Shown here: positions 39,462 to 51,670 of the stretch, piece after piece
Numbering within the stretch: position 1 is the stretch's first letter
How the letters are laid out: every line of letters begins with the position of its first letter
Source: Yuukianura sp. NJ FZ-2021
Lineage: Eukaryota
DNA length: 64,000 bases
Reading direction: 5' to 3'
NCBI GenBank assembly: GCA_046563655.1
Contig: CM102288.1
Coordinates: 4,774,001 to 4,838,000, forward strand
Notes under the pieces: model-generated
What the model was told of the DNA's origin: nothing
What the model saw: the letters and a program-made list of their open reading frames with translations, nothing else
The model's database searches: none
Program-made: the position numbers and the translations under genes

Positions 39462-42400
39462 ATGGAAAAGGCGGAGAAATCTCAAATTGATATTGAAAAT
39501 GGCCTGGTGGCACTCAATCAAGTACATTCTCTAGCAGCAAAGTAAGATTTAATTAAGTGCTCTCATTTAACTTCAATCTATGTTTCCTTAATTTGTAAAG
39601 AATGTCTCAATTTGTGATTCCTTGCTTTGTCTTAGGCTTTGGTCTGAGAAAATACCTGTAGAAACGAATTACAGACAGAGACAAAAATCGAGTAAACAAG
39701 GGCAACAGCGTCGTATTACACCTGTTCAACTACCGCGAAGAGATGTTAAAGAATCGTCCAACTGTCAATCCAATTTTGAACAACGCCAGTTCTCGAATCG
39801 TCAGCCAGAGCAAGGACATGTACGCTTTGCAGCTCGGAATCCTGGAGCTCAGCCTCTTAGACCAGTTCTGGACTACGACTCAAATGCAAACCGAAAACGT
39901 GCCAATATCAAGTCTCTGCCTCTGAAACCACCAGATATTCAGAATATCAACTTATTTCCACCAATAGGCAGCACTCCACCAGCGGCTGCTGCTTCGGGCC
40001 AAAGAAACAAACCGAACGAAGTCAATCCATTCGCTCCTACAACAGAAGAGGCCAATTTTGATCCGAAGCAGGAACGAAAGAAAATATTTTCGGGTGTTCA
40101 GAAAATACAGACACGAATCAGTAGCACTGGGAGCCCAGAAAAGTCCACGACGTCCCAGTCAATTCAAATTTTAAGACGACAGTCTTCAGAAGGTACCGAG
40201 TCTCCGACCGCCCAGAAAACTGAACCGGTAGCTCGAAGTGGAATTGGCGGTCGCTCAGCAGAACTGTTCTCGCAACTTACTCCCGAACAGATCGACGAAC
40301 TCAAGAAATTAAGTTCCGCCTTCTCTCAAAGTTTGGACTCCAACCTCTGCCGATCAATTCTCGCCGAACTAACTCTACTCTGTCAACTTTTAGTGGCAAA
40401 CAATGATGATGAGGTCACAACAAGTTTCGGGAATCCACGAATTCTTACTACATTAGCTTCTCGTGTTTGGTTTGTTACGAAAACCTTTGAGTTACAGTTA
40501 CCACTAATTGCAAAACTGTCTCCTGATGTTATTCAGATGCTCATTGACTTTTATCCACACCGAATTCCTAAACAGATTCGCAAAAAGCTGGAGCTGATCA
40601 TCCACGACCGACTAGAGATTCAGCAGCGACAGCAAAATTCATCACCAAACAAATTCTCATCTTGTGTCGTTTTCCAGACGGAAACTGATGGACGAAACAA
40701 CTTTCCACATCATAAGGACTGTCAAGATTTTGGGAAGCAGCGGGACCTGTTCTACGCCATTCGTGAAATTTGGGCTTCCAGACAACTCCAGAACTCCAGT
40801 TCAGGCGTTCCGGTGTCTCCCAATACCTTTGACCCGGCGTATGGAAAAGTAAAACAGCTGTTTACCATCAACTCCTCATCGACTAACATGTCACGCCTAG
40901 CGTCACTGTTTTTATCTCAAAGTTTGCTGGATCTGAATACAATTGATGCGAATGACAACTTCGATCCCAGTAGCATTGAAAACGTTCAAAGAATTCTGGA
41001 ATCTAATCCGTCCAAATATGCAAAATTGCGTCAACGCCTCTTCACTGCTGCCAATTCAACATTCGAAGGAAACCAGCCAATTCTGGATCCAATGGCATTT
41101 CTCCAATATCTTCTCCGGGTTTCCAGTTCATACGAGTTCATACAGTACTTGATTGATCATGCGATTTACGAAATACAAAAGGTAACTTACATAACCAATT
41201 TCTAATTTAATCATAAGCAACTTAACTTGAAATTCTGAAATTCAATACTTTTCCAGGTTGAAGCAGAAGTCAGCAACGAAGTTTCCAGTGCTGAAGCGTT
41301 GACGCTGATGAGAAAAACACACCTACTTGCTCAAATGACAGGATTTCTATGGTTTCTGCCCTACAGAGATGAATCGTATAAGAAGCCGATTAGTCCCATC
41401 AACGTTGAAGTTTACCTTCGATCCCAAATTGCACTTCGAAGTCACCAAGCATTTCCGCTCAATCTGACAGAAATTTTGATTTCCTCAATAAGACAGAAGC
41501 GACTCGTGTTCACTCTTCCGTGGATAATTGAACTGCTAACAAGTGCAGACCAAGTCACATTTCACCTTCCAGCGTACAAGCCAATTCTGAGATTAATATC
41601 CTGCATTTATCGAGAACTGCTTCCAGTAAATTGTCAACCGAAGTATCCCTTCGCGTTATCTCCCGATAACAAAACTATCCTGCGATTCTTGTGTGGCAAG
41701 TTATTTGGACAACCGAATTTCCCAGACATGTACCTGTTCGGATCAGAAGCCACAACACTAACTACTATGATTCCAGATTTTTTGTGTCCACTGTCACCCA
41801 AACCAGCTGATGAGCCACGTCCACTCGACCTGGAAGATTCCATTGGTTCAACGTTTTTGCCCATTTGGTTTCGCGGCGAAATGAAGCAAATGATTACAAT
41901 TTTATCGACGAATGCAACAGTCCGCGGGAGTATACCTTCAGAGGCACCGGGAATTGTTAAACATATTCGTCTAGTTCCAGAAACGCAACGATTGGTGGAA
42001 AATAGTCCGCAAAAACTTGCTCCAACTGGGCATGTCCAAGAAGAGCTGGAGAATCGGTTTTTTATGATTCATCCTTCGTCGGTCAAGAAAACAGTGGACT
42101 TTGTTTCGGAAAGAATTGTTTCTGATTTTATCAAACAGCTCAGAAAAACGATTTTGGTGAATCTTAGGACTGAATTTACTCAAGCTGGGATTTTTGGCCA
42201 ATCAGCGTTGACCAAATGCATAGCTGAAGTGGAGAAACAAATTTCAGTTTTCTCAAGAAAACGCTGCACTGCGGCGGTCAAAATTCTGCTGGGTGACACA
42301 ACTTCTCCGGCAGTACTCGCCTTGTGCCAGAAAATTTGTGCGAGGAATACAAACACAAAGGTCATGGAATGGGTCAGTCACCATGTCACGATTGGTGGGT

Positions 42401-43122
42401 TTTACATTTTTAGCATTTGCATTTACTTGAATTTGAATTTAACATAACTTTTTTTTCTTCTTTTAGATCTTTTTCCAGAAGTGCCCGGAAGTGGACCAGA
42501 CATGTCGCTTAGCGATGTTAAAAACGTCGCCACTGTCCAAAGTTCGACGTCTGTCCAGTACAGTCCGACGGCAACGGCAGGATCGTTCTTCTTGGTTTTA
42601 AGAGCTCTACACACCACGATTCAACGAATCCACAACAAACTACCGATTGACGAACAGCTGATTGACCGGATACTGGACGATCCTCGTCTTGTCACCGAAA
42701 AACCATGGGTGACTCATCGAACCTTTGATTTGGCAGCGAGTCTCATCACTTTCTCTCCTTCTACGCTTACCTCTGAGAGACAACTCAAATTCATTTCATT
42801 TTGGAGAAAAATCAACACGGATCAATTTGGAAGCATCCTCTGTTCCAGGAATTTCGTTCTCTTTTCGATGTCTCCTAATCCGAGTACGACTTTTGACAAG
42901 TTGAGTTCGTTGGTCAAAGTACTGCTGAAACAGAAGCTGCTTGTGCCAGAAGACATTCAAGCGAGGTGCATGACCTTGATCCAGGAAGATTGGCCTTCCA
43001 GCATCAAATCCTCCGTTTCGCGATTTCTGAATGAAGTTGTCTCTGACATGGAACCAACGGAGGAGAGGGAAGTTGTGGACTGGATTGCTTGGTATTGTTC
43101 AGGAGAGGGAGAAGGATTTTAA
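39462..43122 (+). CDS. CDAN1: Codanin-1 (CDAN1 / discs lost) orthologue
   Basis: Exons 39462(start uncertain)-39541, 39636-41181, 41257-42394, 42467-43122. Motifs ELTLLCQLL, FQTETDGRNNF...FGKQRDLFY, LVFTLPWIIELL, ELENRFFMIHPSSVKKTVDFVSERI match codanin-1. Confidence 0.85.
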
Positions 43123-43254
43123 GTGAGGTCAAGTATAAAATATTATTGTTTACTTTATAAATTGTGATTTTATTTTATCAAAGTGATTTAGTAAAAGTTT
43201 ATATTTCGACCTCAGGTTTGGAATCCTTGGAGTTGGAGCCTAACTTTTTTTTAT

Positions 43255-43670
43255 TAGTAGCGAAGGCTACTTTATGTATAGACCCTGTCTGTCTGTGTGG
43301 TCGTCTGTCCGTGGCAATTATTTCGGAAATGGTTGAACTCTTCTGGGGTTCGAAACCGTTTTCACCGTTGAATATCCAGTGACCCCGGGATGTTCACTAT
43401 TGAATTTCATTTCCGTGGATCAACTGCCGGGTCAAAGGTCAACATCAACGAGTTTCATATCCGGCAAAACGGAAACTGACATCTACAAAAGTTGCTTATC
43501 TCCTCCAGACGAGGAACTTTTGTATACATCTACATCATCATGTGACCTCAAGTGACCCACAAGGTCGATTTCCTTTTCAACAGCAGTTCCACAGAAAATT
43601 CCGTTAGTACAGTACGATTCTCCTTGGTACGCCGCGGCGGTTCTCCACGGTGCATTGCGGCTCGCTACTT
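43255..43670 (+). mobile_element. DINE-1/Helentron-like non-autonomous element (family B, copy 2, longest)
   Basis: T-run then tagtagcgaaggctactttatgt, ctgtctgtctgt microsatellite, ccgggtcaaaggtcaac, and 3' gtgcattgcggctcgctactt. Confidence 0.7.
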
Positions 43671-44211
43671 ATCAACATCCGATTTATCGGTTTTGTTTGG
43701 GGTCAAATGGGCTCGGGTTGTGTTTGGCTGGTGTTATTTGAGCCTTGATCTCTGGAATCAGATATGGTGAATTTGATAGTAAAAGTGGGCGAGGCGATTG
43801 TGTGATGATGATGAGACTTCCTTCAAAATCTCTTGCATCACGCATGGATTGTTTGGATTTCGGAGAAAGCAAAAGCCCACTTTCCCTTCTGAATCCAATT
43901 TGGGTTGGATTCATTAGTGAGATTAAAGGGAGTTCCAATTGGTAGGCCAAAACACAGTCCACACTTGGCTAAACACTGACACAGTTCTGGATCCATGTCC
44001 ATCGAATACTCCGAAGTGTTTCAGTAGTCGTTTGTGATGTTGGAGGTTTACGTGGTCGTTTAAAATGTGGTTTGCGTGTGTGGAATTGATTAAAAAGAAT
44101 CTTGTGAATTAGGTGTGAAAAGTGAGATTCAGTGAGAAGCGTGTGGAAGATCTTGACAGGAGATAAAAATTATTGGTCGGTTTCCTCCCCTTGGACAATC
44201 CGAATTCCGAA

Positions 44212-47200
44212 ATGGAAAATTCTCAGGCAGAACACTGTGAGGATGGAGACGGGCAGGTAAGTTTAGCACAGTTTTCAGTTTAAAATTTTTAAAAAGCACA
44301 GGTTTTTAGCTTTTAGTGACTAATTTGTTAGGTTTTAACGAATTAAAAGGAAAAAGCTTAGAGTTTTGTAAATGTGAGGGTAGAAGTGAGGTGAAAGTAA
44401 AAAGGAAATGCGATGCGTCGAAATGTGACAGCGGAAGTAGCGTTACCGCGTAAATTGAAAGAGGCGTCTCTCAAGGTAAATCGATCAGAGTAATCCTAGC
44501 CCCAAAATTATGAAATTTTCAATTAATTGTAAGGATTTAATTAATTTGTAAAGATTATACGTCCTATTAAGCCCTCCCCAAGTTTGATGGCGTGAATTAA
44601 TAACATTTGACATAAGTTTACTTTGGTTTAGGTCCAGGATTGTTTGGACAAGGCTGGTATCAAGCATAATGAATTGGATGCGGTGCAGCAAGTACTTGCT
44701 AACTTGACCGAGTCAAAGGTCAAGGTCACCCGAGACGAGTGGATGGAGAAAGTCATCTTCCTGGAATTCAGAAGATGGCATATCATGTTCTTTGCAGCAG
44801 CCATCATCATGACAATCGGTAACTCTACTTTCTTTAGATGCTTTTACAATTATTAATTGCAATTTGCAAAAATCTTTAGTTGCCATTTTTTTTTGTTTCA
44901 AAAAGTGATTCTGCTGTGCTGCTGTTTCAAATTTCGGATTCCAAGGACAAAACAAGAGATTGAAGGAGATCATATTCGACGAAAGATTTTGCGAAAATTT
45001 CGCAGAAAACTGAAAACAATTCAGAACCAAGAATTGGATGACATGGACCTTAAGAGAGGTTAGCAGAGCACTAAAATCATAAATAACGTTTGAAATTTGC
45101 GAATTTGAATTTTGGCAATAAGAATTTCTGCAACATAACACTATAGCTTAAAAATTATGAAAGTGGTGAAACTAGAAAAAAAAAAGAATGAGAATTCAAT
45201 ACTTTGACTAATTCGAAACTTCATTCGGCATTTAAGCATGAAAAATTTCAAATTTCTTGAATCTGATAGCTGCTAAATGAAATCTAAAAATTAGAAAGTG
45301 CTGTCCTAATTATTTTAGAAAGTTTACACTTGACTTGAAGGAGAGACAGGAGGTCAATAAAAATAACGCCAAAGAATGTTTTGTGGACATGGCAACGACT
45401 GAGAATTGAGAATTTACAACTACGTAATCATGAAAAACCCGAACGGGTGGATTCCTTACGATTGAAATTTTGCACAACTCAGCCTATAACTCGCGAATCA
45501 CTGCGTTAAATTTCAAATTTGAGAACCATTTGCGGTTTTTCTAAAACTGTCAGACGAAGTGGGTGAGCCATTTCTTAGTCTCAATTCTCAGGGTGCCCCA
45601 ACTCTTGGTGACGTAATACGAAATTGTAAATTGTAAACAAGAAATTCGTCAACTCTGACCCAATCTTCAGGTGCATTTCCTGTAAGATTGGTTAGGCGCT
45701 CAAAAAACTACGACCACACTTTTCGCATTAGCATACGCTGCTCCACAGCTTGAGCATCTCCTTTTTGACGAATCTTCAACCGTTTTGCCATGCCTAGGCA
45801 AAGAAGGCAAAAATCCGAGGATTTCTGGAACGTCTTCCAGGAAACCTATGTTTTGTGGACGAAGGGTGCTGTTTTCGCCCGATAGGTTATGCTCAAGCTG
45901 TGGAGCAGCGTATGCTAATGCGAAAAGTGTGGTCGTAGTTTTTTGAGCGCCTAACCAATCATAAAGGAGATGCACCTGAAGTCTTATGGGAAATTGCGTA
46001 TAAGTGAATCTGTCCATCGTAATCTGAAGCAAGGTAGATGGTAGAAGTTAGAAAGAGTGCGACCTTTGTTGTTTACTTCTCTTATCAGCTGTAAACATTT
46101 GAGATTTGAGTGGAGTTTGGACTTTGACAGATTCAAATTTCATAAAATATTGAATGTAAGTTTGCTAAAAAAAAACACAGCCACTGTGTGACCTCTCGTG
46201 ACCTCCGTGCAATGGCCCTCAAGGGGGTGAAGGTAATTGAATTGGCTGGATTGGCTCCAGGCCCATTCTGCGGAATGCTCCTTAGGGATTTCGGTGCTTC
46301 CGTAATCCGAATAGACAAGGTGAGTTTCGCACGCATGGTCGTGAATCGTGATTTAACAGTTGTAAACTAATTAACACCAGCTTACAAATTTCTAAATGAG
46401 TAAAATACTTATTGGTATTAGTTTGGTGGAGGTTTGCCGGATAAACTGGCAAGAGGCAAACGATCAATTGCTGTCAACTTGAAAGATCCAAGAGGTCAGG
46501 ATCTCATTCGACAAATGGCGGCATCCTCAGACGTTTTAATCGAACCATATCGTCCAGGTTAGCTAATCTCTACTTCAACTGCCTTAGTAATTACTTCAGA
46601 TAACTAATTATTCAGTGTATTCAGTTTGTGTTGTTTTGTGTTTGAAGGCGTGATGGAGAGAGTTGGTCTTGGACCAAGTGACCTTATGACTCAGAATCCA
46701 AGACTCATCTATGCCAGACTGTCTGGATACGGACAGACGGGTCCATACTCACAAGCTGCCGGTCACGACATCAACTATCTTGCAATTTCAGGTGACATTA
46801 AACATTAAAATACATGCTAATCAATCACTGTGTAATTTTCAAGTAGATTCTCTGAATCTTCACTCTGTTTAGGAATTCTCTCAAAACTGGGACGGACAAA
46901 CGAACTTCCAACACATCCGCTCAATTTGGTTGCTGATTTTGCTGGTGGTGGACTCACTTGTGCCTTTGGAATTCTGCTCAGCTTATTTGAAAGACACACT
47001 TCCGGAAAAGGACAGGTCACAATTAGATCTGTGCTTAATCGTTTTATGGTTTAATCTGACTTCCTTTGATTTCTTAGATTGTGGATACTTCCATGACTGA
47101 AGGTGCTGCTTACATAAGTTCCTTCATTTTCAAAACCCAAGAACTCCCCATCTGGGGCAAACCACGGGGCCAAAACTTGTAAGATCGTCAATACTTTGAA

Positions 47201-48774
47201 AACTAACTGAAGTACTGAGCAACTTGTTCTAGATTGGATACTGGTGCTCCTTTCTATGACACGTATGAAACGAAAGATGGAAAGTACATGGCAGTTGGAG
47301 CACTGGAACCACAGTTTTATGCCAAGGTTGCTCCACATTCGAATATTTTCTATTTCAGTTTAATTTTTGTTTTAAATTTTGATTCTGTAGCTTATGGAAG
47401 GACTGAAGCTAGAAATTCCGCAGTTCTCTGATGCTGGGAAATCACGGGAGAAAATCAAAACGCAGTTTCTGTCCAAGACACAGGACGAGTGGGTAGCAGT
47501 GTTCGAGAAACTGGACGCATGTGTGACGCCTGTTCTAGAATTGGATCAAGCACAAAATGACAAACACAACGCTGCCAGGGGATCCTTCGTCCCGAATCCT
47601 CTGACTGAGCAGTATGAACCTCGTCCAGCACCGCTCCTGTCCAGAACTCCTGGTGAAGTGGCGTTGTCCCCTTCCGAACTACTGCCAGGAGAACATACAA
47701 AGGAAATTCTAGAAGAGCTGGGTTATGGCCCAGTTGATGTAGACAAATTTGTTACAGACGGAGTTGTACAAGTGACGAATAAATGAATTTTCAGTTCAAA
47801 ATTTCCAGTATTCTTGTCACACTAAAATGTTTTTTTCGTCTACACAATCATCTTCATCGGCATGCAAAAATGACTGATCGCCAAACTGAAACTGAAAAGT
47901 TTTTTTTTGTTATTTGCAGCTCTGGACAAAATTCGAGAGGAGTTTAAGTCTGACGTAGAAAGCGTAGTTCCAGCCGACACTGCGCCGTTGCAAGATGGAG
48001 TCGCTGGGCCGACTCCAAGTCCTCCACGACACGTCGCTGAAGCCACACGGAAAATGTCCTCTTCTACCTACAGAAGAGCTTCTCAAATTGACATTGGTGA
48101 GCACTCGCCGAAAAAAATTTACTATGAAACTTACTAAAAAAATATTTGCGAGTTTCGAATTTTCAATTTTTGCATTTTCAGAAATCTCCCTGGATGACAT
48201 GCGGGCACAAACACAAGGTTTTGGCGGACGCGTTCGTCATGGCTTCTCAAAGCTATTTCAACGCAGAGTGCATCAAACGGAGCCTCCAGAACGTGAATTA
48301 GTGGAAGAAAAAGACGCTAAGAAAACTCTAACAACATCGTCAAAGCCGCTTACCGCAAGCACTGCAGCTTCATCAGGAACCAAAACAACACAAGATCCAG
48401 CATCTTCTGGCGGAGTCAAATCAAAGGAGAAGAAGATTCCATCAGAGAAAGCAAAAGAAAACAAACCACTGACAGAAGTGGAGCCGAAGAAAACGAAAAA
48501 TAAGCCACTGACCTCTGCTGCCACCACTACTGTGACCCTGGAAAATGAAAAAGTGACCAAGAAAAAGCATTCCAAGCCACCAGCAGCCACAGCCACCAAG
48601 AAACAAACAACGCCGAAAGCCAAAGATCCACCACAACCTTCGCAGACTGAAAAGTCAAAAGAAGTCAAATTACAAAAACAAAAGGAAAAGAGTGGAGCAG
48701 AGAAAGTGGAGAAGGCAAAAGAGAAAGTCAGCAAACCGGATAAGCCTGTCTCCAGCACACCAAAACAAAAATAG
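44212..48774 (+). CDS. TMIE: TMIE (transmembrane inner ear) homologue with long Lys/Thr-rich tail
   Basis: Exons 44212-44256, 44632-44818, 44906-45058, 47920-48096, 48182-48774 join in frame. TM segment [22 protein letters not shown] is followed by the TMIE signature [19 protein letters not shown], continuing [14 protein letters not shown]. Confidence 0.8.
45390..45598. mobile_element. Small MITE-like element with short imperfect TIRs
   Basis: ggcaacgactgagaattgaga ... tctcaattctcagggtgccc, with a 13-bp perfect inverted core ctgagaattgaga/tctcaattctcag. Confidence 0.45.
45665..45981. mobile_element. Fold-back/MITE element with ~92-bp near-perfect terminal inverted repeats
   Basis: cttcaggtgcatttcctgtaagattggttaggcgctcaaaaaactacgaccacacttttcgcattagcatacgctgctccacagcttgagcat is matched by its reverse complement at about 45889-45981, with only about 3 mismatches, all near the outer end; spacer ~130 bp. 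Confidence 0.9.
46212..47786 (+). CDS. AMACR: Alpha-methylacyl-CoA racemase (CoA-transferase family III)
   Basis: Exons 46212-46319, 46422-46557, 46648-46791, 46873-47015, 47078-47178, 47233-47326, 47391-47786. Motifs [86 protein letters not shown]. Confidence 0.95.
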
Positions 48775-48794
48775 TAGTAAGGAGATTTTCAAAA

Positions 48795-48910
48795 GCGGCG
48801 ACAGTGTCGCTACAAATAAGTAACGACAGTGTCGTTACAAATTTGTGTTAAAAAAGCTTAAGACAAAAACAGTAGTAAGAAGTTTTAAAAAGTAGCGACA
48901 GTGTCGCTAC
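48795..48910. repeat. Three 19-bp palindromes GTAGCGACA-G-TGTCGCTAC just after the TMIE stop codon
   Basis: 48795-48813 gcggcgacagtgtcgctac; 48820-48838 gtaacgacagtgtcgttac; 48892-48910 gtagcgacagtgtcgctac. Confidence 0.9.
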
Positions 48911-50452
48911 AACTTTGTCTTCGAAAGCGTAAGTTGACCTTGACGCAATTAACTTTAAAACTATTACTTAAACATCAATTTTGTAAATTCTTTTTATTAT
49001 TCCGCCCGTTCCTTGTTATTTTTTTCGTATTTATAATACTTTGTAATTCGCATTTATTATTATTTGTTATTTAGTTCGATGATGAATGTCTGACTCTGCG
49101 AATAGCGCCTGACAGAGGAGAGGATGTTAAAACTGTTAAGGGCTAACAATCAATTAATCAATTATTAATTGTTAATTAAAGTTAACACCTTAGGAGGTCA
49201 AGGAAAGGGAGGAAACGTGACCTCTAACCTCGAGTGACCCTGTTCGGAACGGATTGAGATTGTCATGAAATACTCTTAAAGTCTAAGTCCGACAGAGGTC
49301 AAGAAGGTCAATTAAACCTAGGAAACAGGAGTTACTTTTTAATTTACGCTTGACTACTACACTTTGACCCCAAACGCTATTAACTTTGTAGCTACAATTA
49401 GTAAACAGTCGTGATTGCAATTAACTAATTAAAATCTAGTTAAACCTTCTCTATAATTTTCAGTTCACTCGTCCAGAGGTAGAAGAGGTCTTTTTCCAAA
49501 ACACCGAAAAACCATCGAACCAACAAAACCTCAACTGAACATGAGCCTCGTAATTACTTGTAATTAAATTATAATTACAACTAAATCATGATTACAATTA
49601 AATCATAGTTATAATTAGGCCTAAACCTAAAATTGTGCGATTCTTAAAATATGTCAATGTTACGGACCTCCCAATTCTCAGAATTTACAGAACTCTGTTC
49701 CAATTGATTAAAAAGCTTGGATAGGGAAACGGGGAAGGAGATAACTAATTAATTAGTAATGAGTTAATTAGAATTAAGTTTAATTAAGAATTGGTCATTT
49801 ACCATAACTCGTATAGGCTTCAAGATTTGAATTTAAATAAAATAGTATTATTGCAATTTATCAAATTGAAGGGAGGGATGAGGAAATTAGCCTTAAGAGT
49901 TTAAATTGTGAAGCAACTTGGAAATTAAAATCACAATTAATCTCCACTACGTTTTTTTTAGCAGTTTTGTTCCTAATTAATCAATTGATTTCGACTCAAT
50001 CAAGTGTTTGGCTGGCAGTGAGTTTCATAACAATTAACTTTAATTCTAAATTGTAATTAAGTATTTACTCTTTCTCAGAAAGATGCGAAAAAGGATGAAA
50101 TGTGGCTTGATGGCCTTGGATTCTGAAGAGGATGAGGTCTCTGAGCATCAGTTTGAACTTAAATCTTAACTTTTAATTACAACGTTAGCACGGGAGGGCA
50201 AAGGTCAAGTGTGGTCAAAGGTCAACAGAGCACCCTGAAACTGTTGGAACGGAATGTATCAAGAATTGGAAGGGTAGTGGATGGACATACGAAAACTGTT
50301 CTTTGTAAATCTTCGGTTGCAGTAAGGATTACGGTTAGCATTGTACCCATGGCACAAATTTGACGTGGGAAGTCCGAAAAACCCTCAAGTTATGGTAGGC
50401 CAGATTTATACAGTATTCACAGGAGGTACCAATAATGGTACCCCCATGTTTG

Positions 50453-50487
50453 CCAACGTTTCATGGTACCGTACCATGAAACGTTGG
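50453..50487. repeat. Perfect 35-bp palindrome (17-bp arms, 1-nt spacer)
   Basis: ccaacgtttcatggtac-c-gtaccatgaaacgttgg. Confidence 0.95.
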
Positions 50488-51670
50488 AATTTTTGAATTT
50501 GGCGCCTGGCGCGCGCTAATGCGGTTCCCGGTAAATTAAACTGCATGATACAATGAGTGACCGTAAACCTTACTTCAACCTAATCTTTTTTTATTTTCTC
50601 AAGGAAAAGCAACAAACTAAAGTCAAAGAGTGGAGGGATGGAGTGAAAGTGGTCGAAGAATGAGTCTAATAAGAGGCTTTCTTCCTCTTCATTCTAAAAC
50701 AGTAGTTCCCATTTGTTGTTTTGACCTGCTTTGTAACTTGCAGCTTTAAATTACACCCCCAAAGTGGGACAATGAGCCTCAATTGAAGCGACTTCCTCCA
50801 AAATTAAGTCCTATTATGCACCCATGTCTGAGAGAGAAAGAGGAGAAAGTCCCTTTGGAGAGAAAGTGAACCAAGATTTATGGGTTTATGAGTGTGGAAA
50901 TTAAGTGTTCGATAATCAATAAGGTTTGAGTGGGGATTAGGGACAATGTTTCGTAGTAGTTCGTGTACTCAACTGTGTCCACTGACCTCCGAACAGAATT
51001 GGATGCGTATTGATTCCCCACAAAACCCAATTCCGCCACTCCTGATCATAAATGTAGGCTCACGGGAGTAAATCCAAACAATGGGAGAAAACGTAAAGCC
51101 AACAGCTAAAGAAAGGCTAAAAAGAAAGTGGGTGGTGAGTAATCATTCATGATATATGGCTTCCATGCCGTGTCACGGAGGCTCTCTACGGAAAAAAACA
51201 ACCTTCACTTGGAGCACACTACACGTTCAAATAATCCAGAGGTGCCAAATATTGGCTACTCCTACTTCGTACCGAATTCAATTCTTAGCACTCCCTAAAT
51301 TTATAAACAACTCCGCAACAACCTCACCTCTTCACTCCCGAGGAAATCTACGAAACAATGGAATCATTTTCTCCACCAATCTCTTTCCACGTCGCGAAAA
51401 CGTTTAAACGTTATGTGTAATCGTTTTAAAAACGAAAACGTTTTAAACAAAATGCTGCGAATGTCCTCGGGGGTGAACGGGTCAAGGTTCCTCTGAAGCC
51501 TAAAATGAATGAGGAATGGGTTTTACTAGGTACTTGGAATGGCAAGGATCGATTGATAGGTTAAAGAAGAGTGACGTTACCTACCTGACCATTTTAGGAT
51601 GATCATTGACTTTTTAGAAATGTTTGTAGTAGCGATTATTACAAAAATTGAAAGCTAGTCACCGAAACAA

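Noticed and set aside
43992..44015. Minus-strand peptide FGVFDGHG resembling a PP2C phosphatase motif
   Set aside because: The frame closes shortly after and I found no other PP2C motifs or supporting exons; probably chance. A TBLASTN with PP2C would settle it.
45700..46032. 110-aa ORF
   Set aside because: It runs through the inverted-repeat element and has no protein-like features.
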